From: Hyalangium minutum
GTDB lineage: Bacteria; Myxococcota; Myxococcia; Myxococcales; Myxococcaceae
NCBI RefSeq assembly: GCF_000737315.1
Contig: NZ_JMCB01000002.1
Span: forward strand, 268,001 to 516,000
Direction: 5' to 3'
Length of the DNA stretch: 248,000 bases
The stretch's first letter is position 1, and each line of letters starts with the position of its first letter. The translations under genes were made by a program, and so were the position numbers. Below, in pieces: positions 185,884-195,301 of the stretch. Below the pieces are notes generated by a model. That model was not told where the DNA came from, did no database searches, and was given only the letters and a program-made list of their open reading frames with translations.

Positions 185884-186873
185884 ATGCGTACTGGCCCTCC
185901 CTCTTCGTTTCCCCGGAACCGCCGGCTCCGGCGAACCGTGGCCCACCTGTTGATCGCCATCCCCACGCTGTCGCTCACGGCGTGCTCCGCCGAGGATGAC
186001 GGAGGTTGCATTCCCTATCCCGAGCGTCCCGGGACGCGGACCTACTACGGGAACTTGCTGGATGGCGGTGTGCCCACGAACGACACCTGCATGGACGTGT
186101 GCAGGCCGCAGGTCGCCAATGCCCAGAGCTGCGAGGTGGATAGCGAGACCGTGACCTATTTGGATGGCGGGACGGGCACACGCCCGGTGATCCGGTGCCA
186201 CTACATCAGTCCGGCATATTGCGGGTCGGATGGGCGCATGCCCGAGGGACTCCAGGCTGCACGGGTGGAGGCGCGGTGTGCCCTGGGCGTCCACTTCGCC
186301 CAGATGGCCTGGATGGAGGCCGCCTCGGTGCCCGCCTTCCTCCGGCTCGCGGACGAACTGAAGGCCCACGGGGCTCCCGATTCACTGGTGCGCGCGGCCC
186401 GGCGCTCGGCGGGGGATGAGGTCCGCCACACGCGCGCGGCCGGAGCGCTGGCCCAGCGACACGGCGCCTCCGTGCCCGAGGTGGAGCTCGCACCGGTCGC
186501 TCCGCGCTCGCTGGAGGCGATGCTGCTGGAGAACGCGAAGGAAGGCTGCGTCCGGGAGACGTTTGGCGCGGTGGTCGCTGGGTGGCAGGCCCAGCATGCG
186601 CAGGACGCTCAGGTGCGAGAGGCGCTCCGCCGCATCGCCGAGGATGAGCTCCGCCACGCCGAGCTGGCCTGGGCCGTCGCGGAGTGGGCGGAAGAGCTGC
186701 TCACGCCCGAGGAGCGCCAACGGATGAAGGACGCCCGCCTTGAGGCGTTCCACGAGCTGGAGCGCAAGCTGGGCGAGGAGGAGCCCGAGCTGGCGTTGAT
186801 CCAGCAGGCGGGCGTGCCCTCGCGCGATGCCTCTCTCCAGCTTCTCCGGGGGCTGCGGACCCTGATCGCCTAG
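185884..186873 (+). CDS. Ferritin-like domain lipoprotein
   Basis: Lipobox LTAC; E..SV.AF, DE.RH, EGCV.ET, DE.RHA. Confidence 0.8.
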   Translation: MRTGPPSSFPRNRRLRRTVAHLLIAIPTLSLTACSAEDDGGCIPYPERPGTRTYYGNLLDGGVPTNDTCMDVCRPQVANAQSCEVDSETVTYLDGGTGTRPVIRCHYISPAYCGSDGRMPEGLQAARVEARCALGVHFAQMAWMEAASVPAFLRLADELKAHGAPDSLVRAARRSAGDEVRHTRAAGALAQRHGASVPEVELAPVAPRSLEAMLLENAKEGCVRETFGAVVAGWQAQHAQDAQVREALRRIAEDELRHAELAWAVAEWAEELLTPEERQRMKDARLEAFHELERKLGEEEPELALIQQAGVPSRDASLQLLRGLRTLIA

Positions 186874-186949
186874 CGCTCCCGGCCGCGTACGCTTCTCCTC
186901 CGCCCAGGAGAAGCGTGCACGCGGCGAGCGGCTCGCTAGACTGCACCCC

Positions 186950-188032
186950 ATGAGTTCCCGCGAGGAGCCACGTACGCCGGGGGCACCGGCCGGCAACATC
187001 TCGGTGGTCCGGCTGCCCAATAGCTGGTTCATCCTCTGTACATCGCGCGAGCTGGGCCACAAGCCCATCTCCCGGATGCTACAGGGTACTCCGCTCGTGC
187101 TCTTTCGAGGCGCGGGCGGGCAGCCCGCGGCGCTCTTGGATCGCTGTCCGCACCGCAACGTGCCGCTGTCGCTCGGCCGCGTCGTGGGCGGCCAGCTCCA
187201 GTGCGGCTACCACGGGTGGACCTTCGACTCGGCCGGCGAGTGCCGGGCCATCCCCGGCCTCTCCGGAGACACGCGCGCCAAGGCCCGCTGTGCCGCCTCG
187301 TACGCGGTGCGGGAGCAGGATGGCTTCGTGTGGGTCTACTCGACGCCCGGGGTGGTGCCCACGACGGAGCCCTATCGCTTCCCGCTGCTGGACGCGCGAG
187401 GCTACAGCACGGTGCGCCGCATCGTCCGGGCGCCCGGCTCGCTGCACGCGGCGCTGGAGAACACGCTCGACGTGCCGCACACCGCGTTTCTCCACGGCGG
187501 CCTGTTCCGCACCGCCAAGAAGAGCAACGAGATCGAGGTGGTGGTGCGGCGCGGCTCGGATCGGGTGGAGGCCGAGTACATCGGCGAGCCTCGTCCGAAG
187601 GGGCTGGTGGGCAAGGTGCTGGCACCGGGTGGAGGGGTGGTGCAGCACTTCGACCGGTTTTTGCTGCCGTCCATCGCTCAGGTGGAGTACCGCATCGGGG
187701 ATGACAGCCACCTGATGGTGTCCTCGGCGATGACGCCGGTGTCGGACTGGGACACGCTCATCTACGCGGTGGTGACGTTCCGGCTGCCCATTCCGCACTG
187801 GCTGGTGAAGCCGTTCCTCACGCCGGTGGCGCTGCACATCTTCTCGCAGGACGCGCGCATCCTGAAGGAGCAGACGGAGACCATCCACCGCTTCGGCACG
187901 GAGATGTACGTCTCCTCGGAGCTGGATGTGCTGGGGCCCGCCATCCTCCGATTGCTGCGCTCGGTGGAGCGCGAGAAGCAGGCGTCCTCCTCCGAGCCGG
188001 TGCACGAGACCCGGCTCAAGATGCTCGTGTGA
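186950..188032 (+). CDS. Rieske non-heme iron oxygenase
   Basis: CPHR...CGYHGW; END.PH..FLH. Confidence 0.9.
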   Translation: MSSREEPRTPGAPAGNISVVRLPNSWFILCTSRELGHKPISRMLQGTPLVLFRGAGGQPAALLDRCPHRNVPLSLGRVVGGQLQCGYHGWTFDSAGECRAIPGLSGDTRAKARCAASYAVREQDGFVWVYSTPGVVPTTEPYRFPLLDARGYSTVRRIVRAPGSLHAALENTLDVPHTAFLHGGLFRTAKKSNEIEVVVRRGSDRVEAEYIGEPRPKGLVGKVLAPGGGVVQHFDRFLLPSIAQVEYRIGDDSHLMVSSAMTPVSDWDTLIYAVVTFRLPIPHWLVKPFLTPVALHIFSQDARILKEQTETIHRFGTEMYVSSELDVLGPAILRLLRSVEREKQASSSEPVHETRLKMLV

Positions 188033-189132
188033 GGTCTCTCATGTGGAATGCCGTCATGACCCGGGCTGGGCTCGCAGTCACACTGATGCTCGCCGTGGCC
188101 TGTGGCGAGGAGGAAGCGCCAGGCAACGGGCCGCCGCAGAGCAGCGCGATGACCTTGTCGCGCAGCGAGCACGCGGCGGTGTTGCTTCCCTCGGGGAAGG
188201 TGCTCGTCTCGGGCGGGGTGGCCAGTAGCAGCCTGAGCACCCAGGTGAGGGGCGCCGAGCTCTACGACCCGGACACGGGTGCCTGGTCCCTGACCGGCTC
188301 CCTGAACGAGCCGCGAAACACCCATGAGGCGGTGTTGCTTCCCTCGGGGAAGGTGCTGGTCATGGGAGACGCCCACATTGGCAACACGGCCGAGCTGTAT
188401 GACCCGGAGCGGGGAACCTGGGAGCGCACGGGGAACATGCTCGGCGGCCGCATGTTTCCCCAGGCGGTGGCGCTGCCCTCGGGCCGCGTCCTCGTGGTGG
188501 GAGGCGATCCCGGTGACCCCACAAAGCCCAGCGCGGCCGAGCTGTACGAGCCGGTTACGGGCACCTGGGCCGCGACGGGCTCAGTCACCACTGGGCGGGT
188601 GATCAGGCCCGCGGCGGTGCTGCTGCCCTCGGGCAAGGTGCTGCTCTCGGGAGGAGGCTACTCGACACCTGTGGCCGGGGCGGGTCTCTACGATCCGGCC
188701 TCTGGCACCTGGAGCAACACTGGGGCGATGAAGACGCCCCACGAGGGCCACAGGGTCACGGTGCTGCCCTCGGGCAAGGTCTTGGTGGTGGGGGGCAAGG
188801 GGAGCGGCGGGGTGCTGGCCACGGCGGAGCTGTACGACCCGGCCACGGGCACCTGGAGCCTTGCGGCCTTCATGGCCCAGGGCCGCACGGGACACACGCT
188901 CACCCTCTTGCCTTCCGGAAAGGTGCTCGTCACGGGCGGGCGCAATGACACCAGCACGTTCTCCACGGCGGAGCTGTATGACCCGGAGACGGACACCTGG
189001 AGCAGCGCGCCTCCCATGGCTGAGCCGCGCAGCGGCCATACGGCCACCTTGCTGCCCTCGGGCGAGGTGCTGATTGCGGGCGGGGCCAGCGATGAGCGCT
189101 CGCTCAACTCGTCGGAGCTCTACACGCCCTGA
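188029..189132 (+). CDS. Kelch-repeat lipoprotein
   Basis: Lipobox AVAC; L.SGKVLV...AELYDP repeats. Confidence 0.85.
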   Translation: MRSLMWNAVMTRAGLAVTLMLAVACGEEEAPGNGPPQSSAMTLSRSEHAAVLLPSGKVLVSGGVASSSLSTQVRGAELYDPDTGAWSLTGSLNEPRNTHEAVLLPSGKVLVMGDAHIGNTAELYDPERGTWERTGNMLGGRMFPQAVALPSGRVLVVGGDPGDPTKPSAAELYEPVTGTWAATGSVTTGRVIRPAAVLLPSGKVLLSGGGYSTPVAGAGLYDPASGTWSNTGAMKTPHEGHRVTVLPSGKVLVVGGKGSGGVLATAELYDPATGTWSLAAFMAQGRTGHTLTLLPSGKVLVTGGRNDTSTFSTAELYDPETDTWSSAPPMAEPRSGHTATLLPSGEVLIAGGASDERSLNSSELYTP

Positions 189133-189152
189133 CTTCGGCTCTCCGGCCACTC

Positions 189153-190772
189153 GTGGTATGGGCCGTGGCTGTCTTGGAGTCTCTCGAACCCGCCCTCTCC
189201 AGCAACAGAGCCAGTCTGGGGTCCCTCGTTCCGTATCTGGGGCTGGGCATGCTGCTGGCCTGGGTGTCGACGCCCCCCGTGGCGATGGCCGCGTGCTTCG
189301 TGGCGACCCTGATGCTGGTGCCCTCGCGGAAGCTGGCGGAGGTTCCCCGGCTTCCTTCCTTCGTGACACTGTCCGGGCTGGTGGTCTTCCTGGCGTGGAT
189401 CGTGACGAGGGGGACGTTCTCCTGGGACGAGCGCGAGGCGCTGAGCAGCGCGTACGACGCGCTGGCGCGCAGCCTCCGTGAGGGCTCGGCGGAAGTGCCT
189501 CGCGAGGACATCCAGTGGGAGGCCTGGAGCGTGGGAGGCCGCACGTTCATGTACTTTGGGCCGTTCCCCGCGCTGCTGCGGATGCTGCCGGACGCGCTCA
189601 TGCCCGGGCGGTACGGGCTCTGGTCGAGGCTCTCGGGGTTCCTCGCGGTGGTGCTCTGCCTGGGAGTCGTGGTCGCCATCACCCGGCGGCAGCTCGGCGA
189701 GAACGAGCGGCTCGGGGCACGCGGGCGCGCGGTCCTGTTCTTCGCGACGGTGGCCGCCGTGGGGCTGGGCTCGGTGCTCGTTCTCCTGGGTTCGCTCGCG
189801 AACCTGTACCACGAGGCCATTCTCTGGGGCCTGTGCGCCGCGCTGTGGGGTGTGTTCTTCATGCTCGGCGTGCTGCGGGATGACGCGGGAGCTTGGCGGA
189901 GCCTTGCGCTGCTCTCGGTGGCTGCGGGCGTGGCATTCCTCTCGCGGGTGACGTTCGGCCTGCCGCTCTACGCGCTCGTCTCGGGGCTCGCGCTGCGGCG
190001 GCTCATTCTCCAGGTGCGGCGGGAGCGGCAGCCTTTGTTCACGGCGGCGGGATGGGTGGCGCTGGCGTTGCTCCCAGCGGTCGCGGCGGGCCTCTTCCAC
190101 CTCTGGTACAACCACGCGCGCTTCGGCTCGCCGTTCGAGTTCGCGCCCTTCGCCGCGTACGAGTCTCCCTCGAAGCCACAGGGTGTGGACAGCCCGTTCC
190201 ACTGGAGTCGCATCCCGAGCGGTGCCCTGGCGTACTTCCGTATCTCGCTGGAGAACTTCCGCCTCGGGGTGCCGTTCCTGACGTTCTCGAATCCGGCGGT
190301 CTTCCGGCCGGAGCTCTACCGAGACCTGTCCACGTTGCTCATCTCGCCGCTGCTCGTCTCGCCGTGGCTGGTGGTGGCGCTCGTGGGCGGACTGCTGCTC
190401 CCAGGCAGGCCGGGAGAGCGCAGGGGGTGGATGCTCTGGGCGCTTCCGTTCGCGGCGCAGGGTCTGCTCATCCTGGCCTACTACTGGTTGGCGTACCGGT
190501 TCACGGCGGAGTTCCTGCCATTGGGCATCTGGTTCCTCGCGGCGTACCTGCGCCGGGCTGGAGCGGAGCGGGGCGTGAAGCGGCTCCTCTCACCCCCGGT
190601 CTTCGCGGCGGTGGCGGTGCTCTCCGTGGTGGCGACGATGACGTCCCTGTTCCACTTCGAGAGCCGGTGGTGGGCGTACCCGGAGAAATACCGCCAGCGC
190701 CTCTCGCGTACCTTCGAGGCGTATGACGCGCGCCTCGGTCTGGGCACGCTCGGCAGTGCCCGGGAAGAGTGA
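189153..190772 (+). CDS. Polytopic membrane protein (GT-C-like)
   Basis: More than 10 hydrophobic segments; YFGP.PA. Confidence 0.55.
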   Translation: MVWAVAVLESLEPALSSNRASLGSLVPYLGLGMLLAWVSTPPVAMAACFVATLMLVPSRKLAEVPRLPSFVTLSGLVVFLAWIVTRGTFSWDEREALSSAYDALARSLREGSAEVPREDIQWEAWSVGGRTFMYFGPFPALLRMLPDALMPGRYGLWSRLSGFLAVVLCLGVVVAITRRQLGENERLGARGRAVLFFATVAAVGLGSVLVLLGSLANLYHEAILWGLCAALWGVFFMLGVLRDDAGAWRSLALLSVAAGVAFLSRVTFGLPLYALVSGLALRRLILQVRRERQPLFTAAGWVALALLPAVAAGLFHLWYNHARFGSPFEFAPFAAYESPSKPQGVDSPFHWSRIPSGALAYFRISLENFRLGVPFLTFSNPAVFRPELYRDLSTLLISPLLVSPWLVVALVGGLLLPGRPGERRGWMLWALPFAAQGLLILAYYWLAYRFTAEFLPLGIWFLAAYLRRAGAERGVKRLLSPPVFAAVAVLSVVATMTSLFHFESRWWAYPEKYRQRLSRTFEAYDARLGLGTLGSAREE

Positions 190773-190790
190773 GGCAGGGTTGAGAGCGCC

Positions 190791-191741
190791 TCAGCTCTTG
190801 GGCTGGATGAGCTCGGTGGAGAAGTAGCGCTCCATGCGGTCAGGGAACACCGTCACCACCTGAGCGCCGGGCCCCAGGCGCTTGGCGGCTTCCACTGCCG
190901 CCGCGTAGTTGAGGCCCGACGAAGGCCCCACCGGGAAGCCGCGCTTGATGAGCGCCCGGGCGGTGCGCATGGCCACCTCGTCCGAGACGTTCAGCTCCAC
191001 CAGCCCCGGCAGGTCCGCCTGCCGGTACAGCAGCGACAGCCCATCCACCACGCCCGGCACGCGCGAGCTGAAGCTGCAGCACTCCATGTCGCTGCCCATG
191101 CCGGAGATGGGCTTGGCCACGAACGGCGTCACCGGGCAGCCTGCCTCCGCGAACGCCTGGTACAGGCCCACCACCGTGCCACCCGTGCCCACGCCGCTCA
191201 CCACGCCGTGCACGAGCCCGCCCGGCACCTGCGAGAGGATCTCCTGCCCCGTCCACACCCGGTGCGCCTCGGCGTTGTCCGGGTTCTCGAACTGGCGCGG
191301 CGCGAAGGCCTTGCGCTCCTGGGAGAACTCCGCCGCGCGCTGGATGGCGGCCCGGATGCCCTCGCCCCGAGGCACCAGCACCACATCGCCGCCATAGGCG
191401 CGGATGGTGAGCACGCGCTCATCCGTGACGCCCTCCGGCATGACGGCGGTGAACTTCAACCCCATCTGCGCCGAGGCCAGCGCCAGCGCGATGCTCGTCG
191501 AGCCGCTCGAGGCCTCCACCACCTCGCCGCCGGGGCACAGCTCGCCCAGCCGCCACGCCTTCTCCAGCATGTAGCGGGCGATGCGGTCCTTGGTGGAGCC
191601 GCTCGGGTTGAGGAACTCCAGCTTGCACCAGATGGTGGGCCCCTCCTCCTGCAGGCGGACGGGCACCAGCGGCGTGGGGCCAATGGCCTGGATGAAGCGG
191701 CCATCGGCGGGCAGGGGGCGACAAGGGGCGCGAGGGTTCAT
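190791..191741 (-). CDS. PLP-dependent cysteine synthase family
   Basis: KLEFLNPSGS.KDR, SSG.T, GVGTGGT. Confidence 0.9.
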   Translation of the reverse strand: MNPRAPCRPLPADGRFIQAIGPTPLVPVRLQEEGPTIWCKLEFLNPSGSTKDRIARYMLEKAWRLGELCPGGEVVEASSGSTSIALALASAQMGLKFTAVMPEGVTDERVLTIRAYGGDVVLVPRGEGIRAAIQRAAEFSQERKAFAPRQFENPDNAEAHRVWTGQEILSQVPGGLVHGVVSGVGTGGTVVGLYQAFAEAGCPVTPFVAKPISGMGSDMECCSFSSRVPGVVDGLSLLYRQADLPGLVELNVSDEVAMRTARALIKRGFPVGPSSGLNYAAAVEAAKRLGPGAQVVTVFPDRMERYFSTELIQPKS

Positions 191742-191933
191742 GAGGGGCTCGGGTTCCGTTCCACATACCTCGAAAGCCTGCGTCCCGGGGAGGGCCCCAG
191801 ATGACTCCTAGCGGACAGAACGCCCGCTTTCCTGGCTGTCATTCCGGCCAGGGTGCGACCGGAGCTTCCACCAGCCAACCAATGGGCGCGGAGCCTGTCG
191901 CTTCTTTCAGGGAAGACCGCCACTCTGTTGGGC

Positions 191934-192518
191934 ATGCCGAACGAAAAGCTCGTCTTCGCTCAATCCGTGGAGGCCCTCTTCGTCCGGTCGCTCGGACCGC
192001 ATCTGACGTCCGAGGGACGGCGCTTGCTGCGTGGCGTGGGGTTGGATCTCTCCGAGCCGCTGCGGCCCTCCTACTCGCTGGAGCAGTGGCGAACCTTCCT
192101 GCGCGTGGCCGCGCCGGATGTGTTCCCCAGGGCTTCGCCTGATGCCGCCTACTTCGGGCTGGGCGAGCGCTACGTGCAAGGCTACCGGCAGACGGCGGTG
192201 GGCCGCGCGAGCATGGCCCTCATCGCGCACCTGGGGCCTCGGGGCACGCTGGAGCGCGTCACCCATGGCGCTCGCGCGGGCAACAACTTCAACGAGGCCC
192301 GCGTGAAGGAGCTGGGCAACCGCGAGGCCACGCTCTGGATGAAGAACGTGTCCGCGGACAATCCGTTCTTCGCCTGTGGCTTCGTGGCGGAGACGCTGCG
192401 GGGCTCGGGGGCCGCGGAGATTCACGTGGAGCCCGTGGCGTTCGACGGCATCTCCGCCACCTTCCGCATCACCTGGGAGGTCGCCTCCCGGCGCCCGGTC
192501 GTTGCTGCTGCGGGGTGA
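191934..192518 (+). CDS. DUF2378 (TIGR02265) family protein
   Basis: VEALF...G.DL, YS...W. Confidence 0.8.
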   Translation: MPNEKLVFAQSVEALFVRSLGPHLTSEGRRLLRGVGLDLSEPLRPSYSLEQWRTFLRVAAPDVFPRASPDAAYFGLGERYVQGYRQTAVGRASMALIAHLGPRGTLERVTHGARAGNNFNEARVKELGNREATLWMKNVSADNPFFACGFVAETLRGSGAAEIHVEPVAFDGISATFRITWEVASRRPVVAAAG

Positions 192519-192538
192519 GCGTGGCGGGAGCGTGGCTC

Positions 192539-193798
192539 CTACGTCGGAGTCTCGCTGAGCCGGGCGGCGTGCGTCAGGAGGTAGTTGCGCTCCGACAGGC
192601 TCGTGGTGCGCTCCGCGGCGCGCCGGTAGTGCGTGATGGCGCCTTCGAGGTCTCCGGCCCGCTCCAGCAGGTGCGCGCGCACCGCGTCCAGGCGGTGGTG
192701 GCCTTCGAGGCGGGGATCCTCTGAGAGCGCATCGAGCCGCTCGAGGCCCGCGGCTGGACCGTGCACCATCGCCGTGGCGATGGCGCAGTTGAGCGTCACC
192801 ATCGGGTTGTCGGACATGCGCTGCAGCACTTCGTACAGCGCGAGGATCTCCGCCCAGTCCGTGGCCTCGGTGCTGGGCGCCTCGTCGTGCACGGCGGCGA
192901 TGGCGGCCTGCAGTTGATAGGGGCCGACGGCGCCCCGTGACAGCGCGGTGGTGACGAGCGCCACGCCCTCGGCAATGGCACTGCGGTCCCAGAGGCTCCG
193001 GTCCTGCTCGTCAAGCGGGATGAGCTCGCCGGAGGGGCCGGTTCGCGCGGCACGCCGGGCGTCGGTGAGGAGCATGATCGCGAGGAGCCCCTCGATTTCG
193101 GCATCGCCGGGGACGAGGCGGTGGAGCATGCGCGTGAGGCGGATGGCCTCGTTGGAGAGATCGCTGCGGTGGAGCTCGGGGCCCGATGAGGCGGTGTAGC
193201 CCTCGTTGAAGATGAGATACAGCACGTGCATCACGGCGCCGAGGCGTGCGGTGCGCTCCTCGGGGGTGGGCTGCTGGAAGGGGACGCCGGAGGACTTGAT
193301 GGTCTGCTTGGCGCGGCTGATTCGCTGCGCCAGGGTGGCCTCGGGCACGAGGAAGGCCTTGGCGATCTCGAAGGTCGTCAGGCCGCCGACGGCGCGAAGC
193401 GTGAGGGCGATGGCGGAGGAGGGCGAGAGCGTGGGGTGGCAGCACATGAAGAGCAGGTCGAGGGTGTCATCGCGCTCGGTGGCGCCGGCCTCATCGGCGG
193501 CGAGGGCGAGCTGTTCCTCGGGAGGCACGAGGCTGACCACGAGCTGCTCGCGGTGTCGGCGGGCGGCCTCGGCGCGGACCTGATCGGTGATGCGGCGGGA
193601 GGCGACCTGGATGAGCCATGCGCGCGGATTGTCGGGGAGGCCCTCGCGCGGCCACTGGGTGGTGGCGGCGATGAGGGCCTCCTGGACCGCGTCTTCCGAA
193701 GCGGCGAAGTCGCGGAACCGGCGGATGACGGCGCCCAGCACCTGCGGCGCGAGGTCGCGCAACAGGTGCAGGGTGCGGGTGTCCAGGGAGGGGTTCAT
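192539..193798 (-). CDS. ECF42-type sigma factor with C-terminal TPR-like extension
   Basis: LFMCCHP, YLIFNEGY, YQLQAAIAA.H. Confidence 0.9.
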   Translation of the reverse strand: MNPSLDTRTLHLLRDLAPQVLGAVIRRFRDFAASEDAVQEALIAATTQWPREGLPDNPRAWLIQVASRRITDQVRAEAARRHREQLVVSLVPPEEQLALAADEAGATERDDTLDLLFMCCHPTLSPSSAIALTLRAVGGLTTFEIAKAFLVPEATLAQRISRAKQTIKSSGVPFQQPTPEERTARLGAVMHVLYLIFNEGYTASSGPELHRSDLSNEAIRLTRMLHRLVPGDAEIEGLLAIMLLTDARRAARTGPSGELIPLDEQDRSLWDRSAIAEGVALVTTALSRGAVGPYQLQAAIAAVHDEAPSTEATDWAEILALYEVLQRMSDNPMVTLNCAIATAMVHGPAAGLERLDALSEDPRLEGHHRLDAVRAHLLERAGDLEGAITHYRRAAERTTSLSERNYLLTHAARLSETPT

Positions 193799-194193
193799 CC
193801 GATCAGGTCTTTGGGCGGGCCGCTCGGGACGAGGCGCACTTCGATGGACATGTTGAGGGGCTCACCGCCGGGGCCGGGGGCGGCAGAGGCCTCGGCGGCG
193901 ATGGCGTAGGCGCGCTCGGGGGAGTCGACGTCGATGATCCAGAAGCCGGCGAGGAACTCCTTGGACTCGGGGAAGACGCCGTCGGTGATGGGCTTGCCGT
194001 CCTTGCCGGCGCGCACGCGCTTGGCCTGCTCGGGGCCGGAGAGGCCCTCGCCGGCAACGAGCTCGCCCGACTCGGTGAGCTTCTTGGAGAACTGCATCAT
194101 GAAGGCGATATGGGCCTGGAGGTCCTTCTTGGGCCAGCTGGCGATCTGGTACGGCCCATTGCCAGGGTGGTTCATCATCAGCATGTACTTCAT
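193795..194193 (-). CDS. YciI/DGPF family protein
   Basis: TDG.F.ESKEFL.GFW. Confidence 0.88.
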   Translation of the reverse strand: MKYMLMMNHPGNGPYQIASWPKKDLQAHIAFMMQFSKKLTESGELVAGEGLSGPEQAKRVRAGKDGKPITDGVFPESKEFLAGFWIIDVDSPERAYAIAAEASAAPGPGGEPLNMSIEVRLVPSGPPKDLIG

Positions 194194-194388
194194 GGGTGGC
194201 TCCTTATTGACGGGCGCTCCAGCGTGGAGCGTGCGTTCACCGAGGAGTCGGAGCCCAAAAGCGGTTCTCGACATCGGCGACGCGCTCTTTCGACATTTTT
194301 TCCGAGCTCGCGCAAGTGCCTGGAATGATTGATGTTGGCGGCGGGGCAGGGCTCCTCATCGGAGGTTGAGGCTGATAAATTCGCTCAA

Positions 194389-194817
194389 ATGCCGAGGCTT
194401 ATCGCCCTCCTACCATTGTTGGTGCTCACGGGCTGGGGATGTGCGGTCAAGCCCGGTGTTCGTGGAGGAACGCTCTACCAAACAGCACCGGCTTCTGGCC
194501 CAGCCACACCACTGCCAACTGAGGGACATACGAGGGGGTTCTCGTTCTGCGAACTCAATCCAGATATTTGTCTGGACCCTTTACCTGCTCCGGAGCCAGG
194601 CGAGGCCGAAGTTACTGCGGACCCTTGGAAGTCCTTGGCGTGCATTCAGGCGTGCCAAGCCGGGAGTGAGGCGATGGAGACCTTCTGCGCGAGACTTCCG
194701 GGAAGGACGAAGCGTCAGCAGAAGATCAAGGCCATGTGCTTTGGCTCATGCTACGCGGGGAAGGCCGCATGCATCGTGTTCTGCCGGGCCACCTTTGGTC
194801 CTCCGAGGGAACCATGA
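194389..194817 (+). CDS. Small Cys-rich lipoprotein, candidate toxin
   Basis: Lipobox GWGC; C-terminal domain with seven Cys. Confidence 0.6.
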   Translation: MPRLIALLPLLVLTGWGCAVKPGVRGGTLYQTAPASGPATPLPTEGHTRGFSFCELNPDICLDPLPAPEPGEAEVTADPWKSLACIQACQAGSEAMETFCARLPGRTKRQQKIKAMCFGSCYAGKAACIVFCRATFGPPREP

Positions 194818-195203
194818 AGTCGCGATCCGTGCCGCAGGACGAGGCTTGGCGCCCGAAGCTGAGCCGGATTGAGGACCCGATCGCGGAGGATTGCTGGGAG
194901 TACGTCACTCCCAAGGGGCAGAAGCGCTTCTCTCGGCTCATGGTGGGGCGGCCAGTGCACTACCCCGAGCATCAGCTCTGGTACTGCCCGGTCCTGATCG
195001 AGGGCTACACCCAGCCTCGGATCAAGCCGATCTTCGGCATGGGGCCTGTGGATTCGCTGATGAATGCGATGACCTTCGTCCGCACGTTCTTCGAGGAGAA
195101 CTCCGAGGTTCTGCCTGGAGCGAAACCAGCGGGTACTCAGCGGTCTCGCCCGGCCGCTTCTCGCAAGAGATCCACGCCTCGCCGAAAGTCCCGGTCCGTG
195201 TAG
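194814..195203 (+). CDS. Small protein coupled to upstream lipoprotein, candidate immunity
   Basis: ATGA overlap; VG.P..W.CP..I.G, IFG...DSL. Confidence 0.55.
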   Translation: MKSRSVPQDEAWRPKLSRIEDPIAEDCWEYVTPKGQKRFSRLMVGRPVHYPEHQLWYCPVLIEGYTQPRIKPIFGMGPVDSLMNAMTFVRTFFEENSEVLPGAKPAGTQRSRPAASRKRSTPRRKSRSV

Positions 195204-195301
195204 GTCCCCAAGGCAGCTTCATGCCCTGCTAGGGGATCCAACAGGTAGGCGTGGCGCGCATTGACGGCGTGCTGTACCTGTGTTCAGGCTACGGGTGCGC
195301 C

